From assembly GCF_009914755.1 (NCBI RefSeq), contig NC_060937.1: a stretch of 64,000 bases of DNA; one strand, 5' to 3'. Source of the stretch: the human T2T-CHM13v2.0 reference genome, Homo sapiens. This document shows, in pieces, positions 60,473 through 64,000 of the stretch. The translations under genes and the position numbers were made by a program. The first letter of the stretch is position 1; every line of letters starts with the position of its first letter. Under the pieces are notes generated by a model that worked only from the letters and a program-made list of their open reading frames with translations, had not been told where the DNA came from and made no database searches.

Positions 60473-63400
60473 TTATGTGCGGTACATAAGATATCAAATT
60501 ACCCATACTGTATAGTATATACTGTACTTAAAATATCAAAATACCCAAAATATATATTATATACGTTACATAAACTATCAAATACACAAAGTATGTATTA
60601 TATACTGTACATAAAATAGCAAAGTTCCCAAAATATGTATTATATATATTATAAATATGTACATAAAATATGAAAGTACCCAACCATTTATAATAAACTC
60701 TACATAAAACACCAAAGTACCCAAACTGTGTATTATATACTGTCCATAAAATATCAAAGGACCCAAAATATATATTGTAAACTCTACATAAAATATCAAA
60801 GTAGCCAAAATACATATTGTATACTGTACATAAAATATAAAAGTACCCCAAATATATATTATATACTGTACATAAAATATCAAAGTACCCATAATACATA
60901 TTATATACTGTACATAAAATATCAAAGGACCCAAAATAAACATTATATACTGTACATAAAATATCCAAATACTCAAAATATATATTACATACTGTACATA
61001 AAATATCAAAGTACCCAAATTATGTATTATATACTGTACGTAAAATATGAGAGTACCCAAAATATGCATTATATTCTGTACATAAAATATGAAAGTAACA
61101 AAACATTTATAATAAACTGTACATAAAATATCAAAGTACTCAAACTATATATCATATACTGTATATAAAATATCAAAGTACCCAAACTGTGTATTATTAT
61201 ATACTGTATATAAAATATCAAAGTACCTGAAATATATATTGTATACTGTACATAAAATATCAAAGTACCCAAAATATATACTATATACTGTACATAAAAT
61301 ATGAAGGTACATCAAATATATATTATATCCTGTACATAAAATATCAAAGTACACCTATTATATATTGTGTACTGTACATAATATATTAAATCGCCCAAAT
61401 ATATATTGTATACTGTATATAAAATATGAAGGTACTTCAAATATATATTATATGCTGCACATAAAATATCAAAGTACCCAAGGTATGCATTACATACTGT
61501 ACATAAAATATCAAAGTACACAAATTATATATTATATACTGTACATAAAATATGTAGGTTCATCAAATATATTTTATATTCTGTACATAATATATCAAAG
61601 TACATCAAATATATATTATATACGGTACATAAAATATCAAATTACCCAAAATATGCATTATTTACTGTACATAAAATATGAAAGTAACCAAACATTTATA
61701 ATAAACTGTACATAAATTATCAAAGTACTCAATCTACATATTATATACAGTATATAAAATATCAAAGTACACAAACTGTATATTATATACTGTACATAAT
61801 ATGTCAAAGTACCCAGAATATATAGCATACTGTACATACAATATCAAAGTACCCAGAATGTATATTGTATACTGTACATAAAATATGAAGGTACATCAAA
61901 GATATATTATATTCTGTACATAAAATATCAAACTACACCAAATATATATTATATGCTGTACATAATATATTAAAGTTGCCCATGTATACATTTTATACTG
62001 TACATAAAATATGAAGGTACATCAAATATATAGTATATGCTGCACATAAAATATCAAAGTACCCAAAGTATGTATTATATACTGTACATAAAATATCAAA
62101 GTACCAAAAGTATATATTACCTACTGTAAATAAAATATGAAGGTACCTCAAATATATATTATATTCTGTACATGAAATATCAAAGTACACCAAGTATATA
62201 CTATATACTCTACATAAAATATTAAATTACCCAAAATATGTATTGTATTGTGTACATAAATTATGAAAGTAACCAAACATTTATAATAAACTGTACATAA
62301 AATATCAAAGTACTCAAACTTTATATTATATACTGTACATAAAGTATCAAAGTACCCAAACTGTGTAGTATATACTGTACATAAAATATCAAGGTACCCA
62401 AAAAGTATATTGTAAACTGTAGATAAAATATCAAAGTACCCAAAATATATATTATATACTGTACATAAAATATGAAGGCACATCCAATATATATTATATT
62501 CTGTACATAAAATATCAAAGTACACCAAATGTATATTATATACTGTACATAAAATATAAAAGTACCCCAAATATATATTATATACTCTACATAAAATATC
62601 AAAGTACCCAAAATATATATTATACACTGTACATAAAATATCAAAGTACCCATAGTATGTATTATATCCTGTACATAAAATATGAAGATACATCAAATAT
62701 ATATTCTATTCTGCACATAAAATATACATATTGTATACTGTATATAAAATATGAAGGTACTTCAAATATATATTATATGCTGCACATAAAATATCAAAGT
62801 ACCCAAAGTATGCATTATATACTGTACATAAAATATCAAAGTACCCAAAGTGTATATTATATACTGTACATAAAATATGAAGGTTCATCAAATATATTTT
62901 ATATTATGCACATAATATATCAAAGTACAGCAAATATATATTATATACTGTACATAAAATAACAAAGTACCAAAAATATGTATTATATACTGTACATAAA
63001 ATATGAAAGTAACCAAATATTTATAATAAACTGTATATAAAATATCAAAGTACTCAAACTACATATTATATACAGTATATAAAATATCAAAGTACCCAAA
63101 CTATATATTACATACTGTACATACTATATCAAAGTACCCGAATATATAGCATACTGTACATAAAATATCAAATTACCCAAAATATATATTGTATACTGTA
63201 CATAAAATATGAAGGTACATCAAAGATATATTATATTCTGTACATAAAATATCAAACTACACCAAATATATATTATATGCTGTACAGAATATATTAAAGT
63301 CGACCAAATGTATATTATATACTGTACATAAAATATGAAGGTACATCAAATATATATTATATGCTGCACATAAAATATCAAAGTACCCAAAGTATGTGTT

Positions 63401-63774
63401 ATATACTGTACATAAAATATCAAAGTACCCAAAGTATATATTATATACTGTGCATAAAATATAAAATACCCCAAATATATATTATATGCTGTACATAAAA
63501 TATCAAAGTACACAAAATATGCATTATGTACTGTACATAAATTATCAAAGGACCCAAAATATATATTATATAATGTACATAAAATATCAAAATACCCAAA
63601 ATATATATTATATAACGTACATAAAATACCAAAGTACCCAAAGTATATATTATATACTGCATAAAAAATATCAAAGTAGCCAAAATATGTATTATACACT
63701 GTACATAATATATGAAAGTACCCAAACATTTATAATAAACTGTACATAAAATATCAATGTACTCAAACTATATA
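60473..63774 (+). repeat. Variant unit, 3302 bp: 3317-type with a private net 15-bp deletion
   Basis: Markers at 60473 and 63775. AAAATATACATATTGTATACTG at ~62719 replaces AAAATATCATATTGCACCAAATATATATTGTATACTG. Confidence 0.85.
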
Positions 63775-64000
63775 TTATGTGCGCTACATAAGATATCAAA
63801 GTACCCATACTATATAGTATGTACTGTACTTAAAATATCAAAATACCCAAAATATATATTATATACGTTACATAAACTATCAAATACACAAAGTATGTAT
63901 TACATACTGTACATAAAATAGCAAAGTACCCAAAATATGTATTATATACTGGACATAAAATATGAAAGTACCCAACCATTTATAATAAACTCTACATAAA

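Larger units (their letters stand above)
1..64000 (+). repeat. Human satellite 1A (HSat1A / SAR / classical satellite I) array, 42-bp monomer, ~1,520 copies, one orientation
   Basis: A continuous 42-bp period ACATAAAATATCAAAGTACCCAAAATATATATTATATACTGT runs from first to last base. It has alternating 17-bp and 25-bp subunits cut by GTAC, matching the known satellite I A/B subunits. The + strand is A-rich and G-poor throughout, and I saw no unique sequence, Alu or 171-bp alpha monomer. Family assignment is from recognising the consensus, not from a database search. Confidence 0.96.

Noticed and set aside
166-63749. Hundreds of 60-203 aa ORFs rich in Y/I/L (YIKYQSTQNIYYIL, GTLIFYVQYIIYIL, FGYFDILCTVYNIY repeats), some hydrophobic like membrane proteins
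   Set aside because: 42 bp is 14 codons, so three frames of the consensus lack stops by chance. The ORFs overlap on both strands, recur with the repeat periods, end at monomer indels and show no recognisable domain.
1-64000. CRISPR-like array (conserved CTGTACATAAAATATCAAAGTAC with a more variable stretch between)
   Set aside because: The intervening parts are homologous variants of one 25-bp subunit, not unique spacers. There are no cas genes or leader.
1-64000. Alpha satellite, HSat1B or HSat2/3
   Set aside because: No 171-bp monomer or CENP-B box, no Alu-derived segment or ~2.4-kb unit, and no CATTC pentamers.
1-64000. TATA boxes, -10-like TATAAT and forkhead-like (G/A)TAAA(C/T)A motifs as promoters or enhancers
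   Set aside because: These are expected at this AT content and simply repeated with the array. There is no gene or other context to support function.
1-64000. Inversions or embedded transposon fragments
   Set aside because: I saw no stretch of the reverse-complement monomer and no GC-richer, poly(A)-tailed or otherwise non-satellite segment.
1-64000. AT-rich microbial, organellar or protist genomic DNA
   Set aside because: The composition is fully explained by the 42-bp satellite, and the 17+25 RsaI structure matches human satellite I.

Overview
The whole 64-kb window is one uninterrupted, single-orientation, very AT-rich tandem array of a 42-bp monomer, consensus ACATAAAATATCAAAGT + ACCCAAAATATATATTATATACTGT. 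The 17-bp and 25-bp halves are each bounded by GTAC (RsaI) sites. This is the architecture of classical human satellite 1A (HSat1A/SAR), about 1,520 monomers here. I found no credible gene, RNA gene, transposon or CRISPR array; the ORFs arise because 42 bp is 14 codons. The information lies in the nested repeat structure. A rare marker monomer (TTATGTGCGGTAC and variants) gives unit lengths of 4111, 3307, 3222, 3317, 3013, 3474, 6571, 3317, 3013, 3474, 6571, 3317, 3013, 4362, 3317, 3013 and 3302 bp. These resolve into a 72-mer (3013 bp) and a 79-mer (3307/3317 bp) that pair into a 6330-bp dimer, a 16,375-bp super-repeat in about 2.6 copies (~7.85-49.8 kb), and a ~49.7-50.0-kb recurrence of the flanks. 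Each variant unit is explained by a mappable duplication, deletion or chimeric junction. The most notable functional hypothesis, which is untested, is that the + strand carries a perfect Pumilio element (UGUACAUA, overlapping UAAA) in most monomers, so + strand transcripts would resemble an extremely multivalent NORAD-like PUM decoy. All coordinates were read by eye; junctions are approximate to within about one monomer.
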